Translations under genes and position numbers: made by a program
The notes under the pieces: model-generated
What the model was told of the DNA's origin: nothing
Seen by the model: only the letters and a program-made list of their open reading frames with translations
Database searches by the model: none
Shown: one piece after another, positions 30,862 through 46,368 of the stretch
Layout of the letters: the number at the start of each line of letters is the position of its first letter
Position numbering within the stretch: the stretch's first letter is position 1
Source: a candidate division FCPU426 bacterium
Lineage (GTDB): Bacteria > Oederibacteriota > Muellerivitia > Muellerivitales > Muellerivitaceae
Length of the DNA stretch: 64,000 bases
Assembly: GCA_963771075.1 (NCBI GenBank)
Contig: CAVYSE010000001.1
Coordinates: 64,001 to 128,000, forward strand
Direction: 5' to 3'

Positions 30862-32319
30862 TTGAAAACGTTAATTGTCAATCCGCCCACCTGCAACGGA
30901 ATGAAATACATCCGCGAGGGTCGATGTGAGCAAAGATTAAACTCATTTCAATATGTTATGGTCCCGATATCCCTTCCCATGATCGCGGGAGCGCTTGAGG
31001 CAAAAAAACATGAAGTGAAACTTTTGGATTGTATCGCGAGTGATATGGACGTGGAGGGCTTGAAAAGAACCGTTCTGGAATTTAATCCCGGGTTTGTCCT
31101 CTTCAACATGTCCACAGCCACCTCAACGAGTGATATCGAAATCATCAACATGATGAGGCCTTTGACGAAGGCGCATTTTACGGTCATAGGCAACCACGCC
31201 ACTTCTTTACCCGAAGAGGTCCTATTGGCTTCGGGGTTGGACTCGGTGATCCGTCGGGAGCCGGAATTAACGGCACAAGAATTGGTGGAAACGGTTGAAC
31301 GGAAAAGCGGGTTGGAAAAGGTGTTGGGAATTTCCTTCAAAGATTTAGACGGTACGATTGTGCATAATGAAGACCGACCCTTTAACGAGAATTTGGATGA
31401 TTTGCCTTTTGCCGCCAGGCATATGCTGGACAACGCAAAATACACCCTGCCGGTTATTAATGAACCCTATACCCTTATCATCACTAGCCGTGGGTGCCCC
31501 TATTCCTGTATTTATTGCACCGCCCACCAGTATTACGGCAAAAAACTAAGACTGCGGAGCGCTGAAAACGTAGTCGATGAAATGGAGGAGTGTTTAACCA
31601 AACACAAAATACGAAATTTCACAATGTGGTCGGATACGTTCAACCAGAGCAAGAGATTCGTGATGGAGGTTTGCGCAGAAATAAAAAAACGAGAGATGGA
31701 AGATAAAATTCGATGGATGGCCAATAGCCGGGTGGATCACGTTGACGCTGAGGTTTTGGCGGAAATGAGATCTTCCGGGTGCATTGGGGTTTCCTACGGC
31801 GTGGAATCAGGTGTGGATGAAATTTTAAATAACATGAAAAAAGGGGCGAATGCCCAACAAGCCCGGGAAGCGGTCCGGTTAACCAAAATGGCTGGTATTG
31901 AAGTATTAACCCATATCATTTTTGGGCTTCCGGGCGAAACCCTTGAGACCATCAATGAAACCATTCAATACGTTAAGGAGTTGGACCCGGACTATGCCCA
32001 GTTTTATTGCGCGATACCATTTCCCAAAAACGGAATTGGAAGAGATGGGCAAAAAAAATGGATGGATCACCACGGAAGATTATGCGAAATATGAGTTAAA
32101 TCAGCCCATTTTGAACCTTCCCACCTTATCGGCGTATCGAACTTCAAAAGGCAAGGATTCGAGCATATCGCGAATTTTATTTACGACCTATCCTATACCT
32201 TGAAGAGATTGAGGAAAATCCATAGTTGGAATGATTTGGTGAAGACCTATTATCAAGGCAAAGATTTCATTGAAAGCTGGATTTCGCGACGAATCCCAAT
32301 GAAAAAAGCCAATTTATAA
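30862..32319 (+). CDS. B12-binding radical SAM protein; 3' end broken by three +1 indels, likely sequencing errors
   Basis: N-terminal B12-binding domain; SRGCPYSCIYC. The C-terminus continues in successive frames (PKTEL..., ELQKARIRAYREFYLRP, YTLKRLRKI...ANL*). Confidence 0.85.
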
Positions 32320-32381
32320 GACATCTTCCCGCTGCCATGACAATTAATGCCCCTATCTGCAAAATAATATGCAAAATATTG

Positions 32382-32410
32382 TTGACGATTATGTTCGTTT
32401 TTTGTATAAC
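32382..32410 (+). promoter_or_regulatory. rRNA operon sigma70 promoter
   Basis: TTGACG-17 nt-TATAAC with AT-rich upstream sequence; boxA-like GGTCTTTGAAAA near 32592. Confidence 0.75.
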
Positions 32411-32671
32411 ACATCTCCCCGGCCACTATGGCTTGTGGCCCCCACCCCTATGGTGAGCGGTGAAGTTGTTCTTTTAAATACGATACCCACACAATCGAAT
32501 GTTATGTTTGCTTCGATTGCGGTGCTTACTGCACCGGCGAATATTGCTGTCTCCGGTGGGGTAAGCATCGTATGGATGCTTGTCTGTCATCGGTCTTTGA
32601 AAACTAAATAGTGCTTACGAAATAAGTTTGGGTGCTAGTCAATAGTAGTTTGAGTTTTTAGAGCCTCAAAT

Positions 32672-34223
<1,552 letters not shown>

Positions 34224-34384
34224 TGGAGACCATGTTAAGAGAGCCCTTTTTGAGGGTGCGTCTTAACGTAACTCCAAGTGGATACCCAAACAAGTTAAGC
34301 ACTATTTAGTTTTGAGAGACCGGTGCGGATCCGGTTCTTTTAAAGCTTAGGGCATCATTTTGCTCGTCAGCGCCAAACTGGGAT

Positions 34385-34461
34385 GGGCCTATAGCTCAGT
34401 TGGTTAGAGCGCGCCCCTGATAAGGGCGAGGTGACTGGTTCGACTCCAGTTAGGCCCACCA
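34385..34461 (+). tRNA. tRNA-Ile (GAT)
   Basis: GGGCCTATAGCTCAG...CTGATAA...GGTTCGACTCC...CCCACCA in the 16S-23S spacer. Confidence 0.98.
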
Positions 34462-34490
34462 ACTTTCGAGTGGGCTTCTGGTGAGACCGG

Positions 34491-34566
34491 GGGGATGTAG
34501 CTCAGTTGGGAGAGCACCTGCTTTGCAAGCAGGGGGTCACCGGTTCGATCCCGGTCATCTCCACCA
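34491..34566 (+). tRNA. tRNA-Ala (TGC)
   Basis: GGGGATGTAGCTCAG...TTTGCAA...GGTTCGATCCC...CTCCACCA. Confidence 0.98.
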
Positions 34567-34771
34567 TGTAAGTGGTGGGTGCAAAGTGAAGGTTGCGGGA
34601 ATTTTTATATTAAAAATTCTCGGAGCTTTTACTCCATGAGCAAAAGCCTCTTCTGGCATCTGGCCAGAACCGCTTTTAAAGCGGTGTCGTTCTTTGACAA
34701 TTGATTGAAATACTATTATTAGCTGAACCGAGTGCATTAGTGAATTCTTATGCGGTGGCGAAGAAACATGT

Positions 34772-37801
<3,030 letters not shown>

Positions 37802-37899
37802 ATGTTTCATCTTCACCGCAATTCCTAATCCACTTTGGTTCAAGGATAGTATTTCAATCAATCCATTTAACTGCGAATAACAGTTAACGATCTCGATGT

Positions 37900-38017
<118 letters not shown>

Positions 38018-38027
38018 TTTTAAAACG

Positions 38028-38063
38028 AACCCAGCCTTCTTTATGGAGGCTGGGTTTTTTTTT
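38028..38063 (+). terminator. rRNA operon intrinsic terminator
   Basis: AACCCAGCCTTC-TTTATG-GAGGCTGGGTT followed by a T run. Confidence 0.9.
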
Positions 38064-38264
38064 GCCCAAATCAAATGGGCGGGGGGCCCCTGCGGTGACC
38101 CGCAGCCGATGGGTCTTTTCCGCCCGGCTTTATTTTCGAAAGGCCGGTCACCGATGTCTTTATCCCCGCAATGGGTTAAAACTTTCCTTTGGTGTGACGG
38201 CCTTATCCATCCGTTCAATCCCAACCAAGGGCTTCAGGATGGCATCGCCAGCCGCTCTACCCGA

Positions 38265-40265
38265 TCAATGACCTTTTTCCAGGTTGTCCTTCGGGTTCCA
38301 CCAGGGGCCCTTTTCGATTCCCTCAATCGTGCGCCGCCTAAAATCCGGTTCGGTGATCAGGCTCAGGGCGGTGGAATAGTACCAGCTCAAGTGGCTTTCA
38401 TCATGGAAGGCTCTCGCGTAATTGGCCGCGTTCAGCAGGGGGTGTGCACAAATTTCCAGAAATAACCCGTTGACCTCGCTCGGGTTTTTGGCCTCGGGCT
38501 CCAGGTAATGCCGGTAGAAATCATACAGGATTGAAAAATTGTCGGCCGGGTAAGGCCTTTCTCCAGGGCGGAAAACATGGGTCAAGAGCCCGCGGGGCTC
38601 GAAGGCGAACCTGGGAAATAATTCCGCGTATAGACCCTCGAAATACCCGTTCGGGTAGGTGCAGTAAACCGGGAAGGGAATCGCCGGGTCTTGGAGCGAC
38701 TTGAACAGGAGGGCTTTGTCGAAGGGGCCGGCCCCATCGCACTGGAAAAGCGCCCGGTCTTTCAAGAGTTCGTGGCCGTACTGGTAGGTCCGGTTCAACT
38801 CGGGAGACAATATTAAATGGATGTCGGGGCGCAGGCCCAGCACTTCCGTCAGGTAAAGCGCCGAAAAGTAATCGTAATCCACTTCGGAAAAATAAACCGC
38901 GTTCGAGGGCAAGCATTTCAGGGCGGTGAGGCCGTAGCCGTAATAAAGAAACTGCCGGGTTTGGTTGTTGATGGCAAGGCCGTTCCAAAAGGTCGAAAGG
39001 CACGAGTAAAAAAATACAACCAAGGCAAAAATAATAAATACATTATGTCTTCGACGGAATCGGAATCGAAGGTAATCCCATAAATACAGCAAACCGCAGG
39101 CGGCCAAAAATCCGGTCAGCCAATTGAGGGTCAAGAGGTGGTCGGCCATGTGCCAAAATTCGATGGGGCTGACCTGGAGATAAAAAAGGCTCGCGAGTAG
39201 GGTGGTGAGGAAAAGGGCCGAAACCGTCAAACCGGCCGCCTTGTTTTTCCGGGCGAGGGAAAAGAGGCCGAGAAGGGCGAACAACAGGTAGAGGGGGGAA
39301 AACTCGCGCAGGATGTGGTAGGAAATATAGCCCGCCTTGTCGGCGAAGATCGGCCAGAAATAATCGAGGTTGGAGGCCAGGGTCTCCTCCTTCGCGTAAG
39401 AAAACCGGCCGATGGTCGCCAGCAGGCGGTGGAAGTTAGTGGGGGCCCCGAAGTCCAACGGTGGATTCAAGGAACCGCGCAGGGGCAAATAGAGATAAGC
39501 GCTTAAAACGCAACCGAGGAGGCTGGCCCAGATCAACAGGGACGAGGCGCCGGGCCAGGGACGCTTTTCCGCCCGATGGAAAATCCACAGGCAGGGAATG
39601 AGGACCACAATTAATAGCGATTGGGTCGGCCAATGGTTACAAAAGCCCAAGCCCAGGAAAAAAAGGAACAGGGTGCCCGGCCTCCGGCCCGCCCCTTCCT
39701 TTGAAAAAACCAGGGCTTGGAAGCACAGCAGCGCCGCCAGTTCCAGGACGATTTGAAGGATATAAACGCCCCCCTTCGCGGCGATGGCGTTGCCCCAAAA
39801 GGTGCTCGAAAAGCTAAAACCGAAAGAGGCGAGGGCGCAAACCAGGTTTAGGACCAAGGGCGGGGGGCCGGCCAAGGCATCCGCGCGGCGAAAGAAAAAC
39901 CAGAGGTTCGAAAAAAATAAGAGGGCCGCAAGCGACCCGAGGAAGGCGGCGAAAAAGTTCAGCCCCATCGCCGGGTTTCCCAGGGGCAGGAACAGAAAGA
40001 GTTTTCCCAAGAGGGTGAAGAGCGGATAGCCGGGGGCGTGGACGATCCCCAGCCCGGCGCAGCCAGCCACGGTCTCGGGGGAGTCGTTCCTTAACAAAGC
40101 GGGGTTAAGGGTGGCCAAAAAGGCAAGGGTGGGGACGAAAAAAACCATCAGCCCCCACCCGACCGGGAAGGGAGGGCTGGGGGGCGATAATGAGGGCGCA
40201 GGTGGTTCCCTTTGTATACCGTCCTGGGGTGATCGCAATGTTTTCCGCCTCAATTTCATGGACAA
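38265..40265 (-). CDS. DUF2723 / TMEM260-like GT-C membrane protein
   Basis: DSPETVAGCAGLGIVHAPGYPLFTLLGKLF signature; multiple TM segments; YLYLPLRG..NPPLDFG.P. Confidence 0.85.
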   Translation of the reverse strand: MSMKLRRKTLRSPQDGIQREPPAPSLSPPSPPFPVGWGLMVFFVPTLAFLATLNPALLRNDSPETVAGCAGLGIVHAPGYPLFTLLGKLFLFLPLGNPAMGLNFFAAFLGSLAALLFFSNLWFFFRRADALAGPPPLVLNLVCALASFGFSFSSTFWGNAIAAKGGVYILQIVLELAALLCFQALVFSKEGAGRRPGTLFLFFLGLGFCNHWPTQSLLIVVLIPCLWIFHRAEKRPWPGASSLLIWASLLGCVLSAYLYLPLRGSLNPPLDFGAPTNFHRLLATIGRFSYAKEETLASNLDYFWPIFADKAGYISYHILREFSPLYLLFALLGLFSLARKNKAAGLTVSALFLTTLLASLFYLQVSPIEFWHMADHLLTLNWLTGFLAACGLLYLWDYLRFRFRRRHNVFIIFALVVFFYSCLSTFWNGLAINNQTRQFLYYGYGLTALKCLPSNAVYFSEVDYDYFSALYLTEVLGLRPDIHLILSPELNRTYQYGHELLKDRALFQCDGAGPFDKALLFKSLQDPAIPFPVYCTYPNGYFEGLYAELFPRFAFEPRGLLTHVFRPGERPYPADNFSILYDFYRHYLEPEAKNPSEVNGLFLEICAHPLLNAANYARAFHDESHLSWYYSTALSLITEPDFRRRTIEGIEKGPWWNPKDNLEKGH

Positions 40266-40393
40266 TCAGGATAACAAGTTTCACGGCGCCCGCCGCGCGG
40301 GGCCCCTGGCACAAATGAATTGTTTTTTGAATCGTACAATTCTATATTATCAAATCAGCGTTTTTTTTATTTTTACAATTTAGGGGAGACAGC

Positions 40394-42262
40394 ATGAAAG
40401 TCGTCAATGAAGTGTCGTGGATGATCGGCGGGCCCCAAGGCACGGGGGTCGATTCCTCCGCCAATCTTTTTTCCCAGGCTTGCGCCACCGCCGGTTTATG
40501 GGTTTTCGGGAAGCGCGAATACCACTCCAACATCAAGGGCAAACACAGTTATTTCCAGGTCCGGGTATCCGACCAGCCCATCCACAGCCATGTGGATGAG
40601 GTTCACATCCTCGCGACCTTCGAGGATTCGACGGCCCGCCTGCACGCCCACGAGGTAGTGAAGGGCGGGGCGCTGATCTACGACCCCACCAAGATCACCC
40701 TCGACGACCTGAACTTGAAATCCGGCGTCATCACCCTGCCCATCGATTTCAACACGGTGCTTCGCCACGTGGCGGAAGTGACGGGGGAAGAATACGCCAA
40801 GCTCTCCATCATCAAAAACACCATCGCGGTCGCGGCGTCCATCGCCCTCTTGCGCATGGATATGTCCAATATGGAAGAAACCCTCAAGCGGATCTATGCC
40901 GGTAAAAAAGCCAAGTTCATCCCGCTCAACATGGCGGCGGTGCGCAAGGCCTATGAGGCCGTCGAGGCCCTGCCCGCCGAGATGCACGCGCAGTTCCCCT
41001 ACCACCTGGAGCCCAAGAAGAACCAGCCGAAGCGGCTGCTGATCAACGGGGCGCAGGCCACCTCCCTGGGCAAGCTGAAGGCGGGATGCCGGTACCAATC
41101 CTACTACCCCATCAGCCCGGCGACCGATGAGAGCTATTATTTAGAAAGCCATCCCGAGTTCGGCATCGCGGTGGTCCAATGCGAGGACGAAATCTCCGCG
41201 GTCGAAATGGCCTTGGGCGCGGCCACCACGGGCGTTCGCGCCTCCACGGCGACTTCCGGCCCCGGGTTCAGCCTGATGGCCGAGGGCCTGGGTTGGGGCG
41301 GGATGAACGAGGTTCCCCTGGTGGTGTTCAACTACCAAAGGGGCGGTCCTTCCACCGGGCTTCCCACCCGCCATGAGCAGGGCGACCTGATGTTCTCCGT
41401 CTTCGGCGGCCACGGGGAGTATCCCCGGCTGGTCATGTCCCCCGCGACCATCGACGACCATTTCCACATGGCGTTCGAGTCGTTCAATTACGCGGACAAG
41501 TTCCAGACGCCGGTCGTGATCCTCAACGACAAGTTCCTGACCCACAGCCTCCAGACCATCCCCCCCTTCAAGGAAGACCACCTGGTCATCGACCGGGGCC
41601 GTTTGGCGACGCCCGAGGAATTGGAAACCGCCATCGCGGACGGCAAGGGCTTTCCCAGGTTCCGGCCCGATTCCAAGACGGTGGTTTCACCCCGCGCTTT
41701 CCCGGGCCAAGAGGGAAGCCCCTATTGGATGACCGGCGACGAGCACGACGATTACGGGCACATCACCGAGAACCCGGAAACCCGCAAGAAGATGCACGAG
41801 AAGCGGATGTCCAAGTACCGGCTCATGCTGGAACAAATACCGGAAGACCGGCAGTTCAGCCTGACCGGCGAGGCAAAGGCGGATGTCACCCTGGTCTGCT
41901 GGGGAACCACTTACGGGGTGGTCGCCGACGCGCTTCCCGCGCTCAAGGCAATGGGCATCCAGGCCAATTGCCTCCACTTGCGCATGCTCAACCCCTTTCC
42001 CATCGCCTGCGAGAAGATCATGAAGAACGCGAAGAAATTGGTCCTCATCGAGAGCAACTGGGGGACCCAGTTGGGCCACCTCATCCGCATGGCGACGGGG
42101 TTGTTCATCCCGGCGCAGGTGGTGAAGTACACCGGACGCCCCATGTCGTTGAACGAGATCCTGGATTCGGTTTCCAAGATCGTGAACAAGCAGGTAACCC
42201 CGGAAACGGACCCCCTCACGGGTCTTTCCGTAGAAAAGGTGGTGTTGACCTATGGTCTCTAA
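40394..42262 (+). CDS. korA: 2-oxoacid:ferredoxin oxidoreductase, alpha subunit (fused gamma domain)
   Basis: IGGPQGTGV, YYPISPAT, QCEDEI, ATSGPGFSLM, QRGGPSTGLPT, GDEHD. Confidence 0.93.
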   Translation: MKVVNEVSWMIGGPQGTGVDSSANLFSQACATAGLWVFGKREYHSNIKGKHSYFQVRVSDQPIHSHVDEVHILATFEDSTARLHAHEVVKGGALIYDPTKITLDDLNLKSGVITLPIDFNTVLRHVAEVTGEEYAKLSIIKNTIAVAASIALLRMDMSNMEETLKRIYAGKKAKFIPLNMAAVRKAYEAVEALPAEMHAQFPYHLEPKKNQPKRLLINGAQATSLGKLKAGCRYQSYYPISPATDESYYLESHPEFGIAVVQCEDEISAVEMALGAATTGVRASTATSGPGFSLMAEGLGWGGMNEVPLVVFNYQRGGPSTGLPTRHEQGDLMFSVFGGHGEYPRLVMSPATIDDHFHMAFESFNYADKFQTPVVILNDKFLTHSLQTIPPFKEDHLVIDRGRLATPEELETAIADGKGFPRFRPDSKTVVSPRAFPGQEGSPYWMTGDEHDDYGHITENPETRKKMHEKRMSKYRLMLEQIPEDRQFSLTGEAKADVTLVCWGTTYGVVADALPALKAMGIQANCLHLRMLNPFPIACEKIMKNAKKLVLIESNWGTQLGHLIRMATGLFIPAQVVKYTGRPMSLNEILDSVSKIVNKQVTPETDPLTGLSVEKVVLTYGL

Positions 42263-43235
42263 ACTTCAAACGACCCTAACGGTCGCGGCTTACAAAAGTG
42301 AAGTGCATAACGACTGGTGCCCGGGCTGCGGCGATTTCGGAATCCTCCAGGCCATCCAGCAATCCTGCGCCGAATTGGCCCTGCCGCCCTGGGAAACCAT
42401 GGTGTTCGGGGGGATCGGCTGTTCCGGCAAGACCTTCAATTACATGTCCTCCCACGGGGTCCACACGCTCCATGGCAGGGTATTGCCTTTCGCGGTAGGC
42501 GCCAAGCTCGCCAACCCGGACCTGGAAGTCATCGCGGTCGGGGGGGACGGGGACGGCTACGGCATCGGGGCCGGCCACTTCGTACACGCGGGACGCCGAA
42601 ACGTGGACATGGCCTACATCGTTTACACCAACGAAGTCTATGGGTTGACCAAGGGGCAGGCCGCCCCCACGATGGCGCGGGGCCAGCAAACCAAGGGTTT
42701 GCCGCTCCCCAACACCAACGACGCGATCCAGCCGCTCGCGCTAGCCTTAAGCTCGGGCTACACCTGGATCGGCCGCAGTTACGCCTTCGACGGCAAGCAC
42801 CTGAAGGAGATGATCAAGAAGGCCATCGAGCACAAGGGGATGGCGCTCCTGGATGTGCTCCAGCCCTGCCCGACCTTCAACGACATCCATACGGCCGAAT
42901 GGTTCAACAAGAAGATCAAGGGCGAAGGCGAGAACAACCAGGTTCCCCGCATCTTCAACATCAATGAGATGGGGCATGACGGGTCGGTGAAAGATCCCAC
43001 CAACCTGGATGAAGTGGCGGATAAGAAGAAAAAGGCCTTCGAGTTGGCCAACTACCACGGGGAGCGCATCCCCACGGGCTTGTTTTACGAGATTAAACTC
43101 CCGACCTACTCCGAGAGGATGCAAGCCCAGGTTCCGATGCTGAAAAAATTCGCGCCGGCGAGGGTGCCTTATGAGGACGCGAGCCATTTGCCGACGACCG
43201 ACCTGAGCAAGGTCTACGAGGAATTTATTTTTTAA
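42252..43235 (+). CDS. korB: 2-oxoacid:ferredoxin oxidoreductase, beta subunit
   Basis: WCPGCGDFG, GIGCSG, HTLHGR, GGDGDG, YGLTKGQ, QPCPTFN. Confidence 0.95.
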   Translation: MVSKLQTTLTVAAYKSEVHNDWCPGCGDFGILQAIQQSCAELALPPWETMVFGGIGCSGKTFNYMSSHGVHTLHGRVLPFAVGAKLANPDLEVIAVGGDGDGYGIGAGHFVHAGRRNVDMAYIVYTNEVYGLTKGQAAPTMARGQQTKGLPLPNTNDAIQPLALALSSGYTWIGRSYAFDGKHLKEMIKKAIEHKGMALLDVLQPCPTFNDIHTAEWFNKKIKGEGENNQVPRIFNINEMGHDGSVKDPTNLDEVADKKKKAFELANYHGERIPTGLFYEIKLPTYSERMQAQVPMLKKFAPARVPYEDASHLPTTDLSKVYEEFIF

Positions 43236-43250
43236 AGTCGGTGGCCGTGA

Positions 43251-43287
43251 AGAGCCCGGGCCCTGCCAAGGTCCCGGGCTTTTTTTA
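43251..43287 (+). terminator. Intrinsic terminator after korB
   Basis: AGAGCCCGGG-CCCTGCCAAGGT-CCCGGGCT-TTTTTT. Confidence 0.85.
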
Positions 43288-43320
43288 TGCCGGGATGTCG
43301 CGGAAATAGGGAATAGGTGG

Positions 43321-43352
43321 AATTTTAATAATTGATTTCTGACCCCGTTTAC
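43321..43352 (+). repeat. 32-bp direct repeat, copy 1
   Basis: AATTTTAATAATTGATTTCTGACCCCGTTTAC; 30/32 identical to 46369-46400. Confidence 0.9.
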
Positions 43353-45372
43353 AAAAACGAATTATTGATATTGATCGCGGGTAAGAGCGATGAGGAGATC
43401 AGGGAGATCTTCGAGAAAAAGCCCCCCGGGGGCGGCTCTGGCCCCGGTCCATCGGATGATAGCTCTAAAGGGAGTGGGCCTGGAGGATCGGGCGGGTCAG
43501 GTGGATCTGGTGGTTCGGGGGGATCTGGCGGGGGGGGCGCCATCCGAAACACCCAACGTAGCTGACAGTTCGCAGTTGACAGTCGACAGCAAGCAAAACA
43601 ACCAAAAGACACTTCAACCCTCGGGGGTACTGGGGATCTGGCTGGCCATTAAAGCCGCCCTGAAACAAGTCTGGCAGGGCTTTATCGGTGCAGTCCTCAA
43701 AGCTTTCTTTGCTTCTGGCCCGAAGCCACAAGGAGAGTCTCGCACCGATACCCCTATGGTATCGGCACAGACACCCGTTGGTCCTACGGACCAAGGGCGA
43801 CAAAAAACGTCGAGTCATGGGCGTCGCCTTGAGAGCGACGACCAGTCGGTATTTTGGGGCACCATGGCGGGCATTCCCTGGATCAAGGCCATCCGGGCAA
43901 AGATCAAAGCAGGGAAAGACCTCACCCTCTGGGAAAAGCTGTTTCTGGTGGCGGCCTTCTTTGGCCGGATCTTGCATTGGACCTGGCATACGTCGTGGCC
44001 CTTGGCCAAGAGTTCCTTCAGGTGGGTTGGGTCACGCATAAAAAAGGCCTTGAACGGCACCCTGAGGTTCTTGGGAGAAGTGGTGGGCAAGCCCGCCAAA
44101 AAAGTGATCCAGGGCGTGGTGGGTATCGCCTTGGTGTTGGGGCTGGCCTATGGCCTCTATCTATTCTTCTTCCACCCGGCGGGACTAAGGGGCTTGGTGG
44201 GCCGCGCCACCTCCGGGGTGATCCATTGGGTGGGGTCTTGGGTAAACCCTTGGGAAGGAGATAGTAAATCCATTCCTCAACCACAACCCACGACAATTCC
44301 AACGCCTGGTCCGAAACCTCCCGTTTCGGACCAAGCCTTGGCAGTACCCATATCTAAATCAGATATGGGTACCCCTGTTCCACGCCTGAGGTTGTTAAAA
44401 CTAAACACTTAAAACTCAAAACTTCTAAATTTCTGAAAAAGGCCGTTCCGGCGGCTGTGGTTTCAAATCAAAACCCAACACCTAAAACCGAGAACACGGC
44501 CGCATCATCGGCCCTACCCGTCGCGCCCGCTACGGGGCAAGAAGCGGCGTGGGTAGCCGAACTCATCCCAGCTTTTCCTTCGCCCTTCCTAGTGAAGCCT
44601 TGGATCTTCAGCCCGACCCAACCATTTCTCCCCTCATGGTCCAGAAAAGGCTCTCCGAAATCCAGGACCCCGAAAGGTTCCGCGTTTACGTGGGGCATGA
44701 CCGCCAAACGATTAAATCCATGAACGTGGACGATGGGGGTATGGACCTTTTCTTCAACGGCTCCTTCGGCGGTTTGCTCGGCGACTCATCCAGCTTTAGG
44801 TTCTTCTGGGAGGACGTGCAGGGCATCCGCCTGGCGACGGTGGAGGTTTCGGGCGACAAGCCGCAAACGCTCTGCTTTTGCGCGCTGGAAGTGAAGACCA
44901 AGAAAAAAATGGCGGCCTTCGAATGCGCGCCGGGGGACGTTGCCCATTTGGTGTCGGCCCTGGCGGCGCAGTTCAAAAGCTCCACGAAAAGGGAGGTATT
45001 GGTGGCGCCCCTGCCTTACGTGAACCAGGGTTTGTGGCTGGGCGGGCAAAACCAGGTGGATGGGATGTGGTGGAAAGCCCGGCGGGGCGGTCGCAAGAGG
45101 TGAAACTGCGCTTTACCCCGGCGGACTGGCAAAGGCCCACGACCGGCGGCGGAATCCGCCTGGGGGATTACCTTTGGGGCTTGGGTGTGAACCTGAATGA
45201 ACAAACCGGGAAGGAAGAATTTTTAGGCAGTTGGGCGGAATGGCCTCGGGACCGTCGACCCTTTTCGTGGTGGGCCCGGAGGATCGGCGCAAGGCCCAGA
45301 ATGCCGAGACCGGCCCCGAAAACGATCCCTTCAACCCGCCCCGCAGGGCGGTGCGGCTGGCGGCGCCGTGAG
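43353..45372 (+). pseudogene. 5'-truncated, multiply frameshifted membrane protein gene (Gly-rich linker, TM helix, C-terminal globular domain)
   Basis: ORFs 43332, 43390, 44457, 44549 and 44878 chain into one plausible protein ending ...PFNPPRRAVRLAAP*. No start or RBS; it begins directly at the repeat. Confidence 0.55.
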
Positions 45373-45486
45373 GGGGGGCGGGGAACCGTTAGGCGAAGGT
45401 GATGAAGTGGTTCGAAATTGAGTTGGATAATATAAAATGAACACGAGCCCGTTAAACATTGAAGAAATCCTGAACCGGAGTGTTTC

Positions 45487-46022
45487 ATGACCGAGCAAAT
45501 AACCGAATACCTGTTATCCAAGAAAATTTATTTTATCCGGGGCCAGAAGGTCATGTTGAGCCCGCATTTGGCGGAGCTTTATGGTGTTGAGACCAAGATC
45601 TTGCTTCAATCCATCAAGCGCAACATGGAAAGATTCCCGGATGATTTTATGTTTCAGTTATCGCCCCAGGAATTTCAAACTTGAGGTCACAATTTGTGAC
45701 CTCAAGTTGGGGCGGACATCGTTACGCGCCTTACGCTTTTACGGAGCAAGGCGTGGCCATGCTTTCAAGCGTTTTAAACAGCCCAAGGGCTATCCAGGTG
45801 AATATTCAAATCATGCGAATATTCGTAAAGTTGCGCCAGCTTATCGCAGAGAAGAAGGATATGGCACGCCGTTTGGAGGAGTTAGAAAAGAAGGTCGGAT
45901 CACAGGACGGGAAAATCCAGGCTGTATTCGACGCAATTAGGGAATTGATGAAAGAACCGGAAAAATCCAAAAGGCGGATCGGGTTTTTGGAAGAAAAATC
46001 TGCGGCCTATCGGGCCCGTTGA
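45487..46022 (+). CDS. ORF6N domain DNA-binding protein, split by one missing A near 45678
   Basis: [18 protein letters not shown]...KRN.ERFP.DFMFQL / [28 protein letters not shown]. Confidence 0.88.
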
Positions 46023-46047
46023 AGGGGATGCGGGGCAGCCGACGGTT

Positions 46048-46223
46048 GTGAAACTGCGCTTTTCCCCAGCGGCCTGGAAAAGGCCCACGACCGGAGGCGG
46101 AATCCGTCTGGGTGATTATCTTTGGGCCCTTCCAGCAAGGCCCAGGAAGCCGAAACCGGCTCCGAAAACGACACCTTCAACCCGCTCCGCAGGGCGGTGC
46201 GGCTGGGGGCGCCGTGAGGGGGG
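46048..46223 (+). repeat. Diverged, internally deleted second copy of the 3' end of the 43.3-45.4 kb gene
   Basis: 46048-46126 matches 45100-45178 (71/79); 46135-46223 matches 45289-45377 (about 81/89). Confidence 0.9.
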
Positions 46224-46233
46224 AGGTTGGGCC

Positions 46234-46302
46234 TGGAAAACAAGGTTTAAATACCGTTCACACCTGTATACGACGAGGTGGGATGAATTATTGCCGTTCA
46301 AG
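46234..46302 (+). pseudogene. Remnant of a UmuC/Y-family polymerase C-terminal tail (DUF4113-like)
   Basis: WKTRFKYRSHLYTTRWDELLPFK matches the W...S..YTT.W.EL motif. Confidence 0.6.
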
Positions 46303-46368
46303 CGTAAAAGGTGGCGCGAAGGTAATGGAGGAGTAGGATAGCGTCATGGCGGTAAACGAACGGGGAGA

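Noticed and set aside
32015..32200. Programmed frameshifting in the radical SAM gene
   Set aside because: Three shifts in a row plus similar indels elsewhere are better explained by sequencing error.
45100..46223. Diversity-generating retroelement template/variable repeat pair
   Set aside because: Mismatches are not adenine-specific (they include C/T, G/T and C/G), and no reverse transcriptase is in the window.
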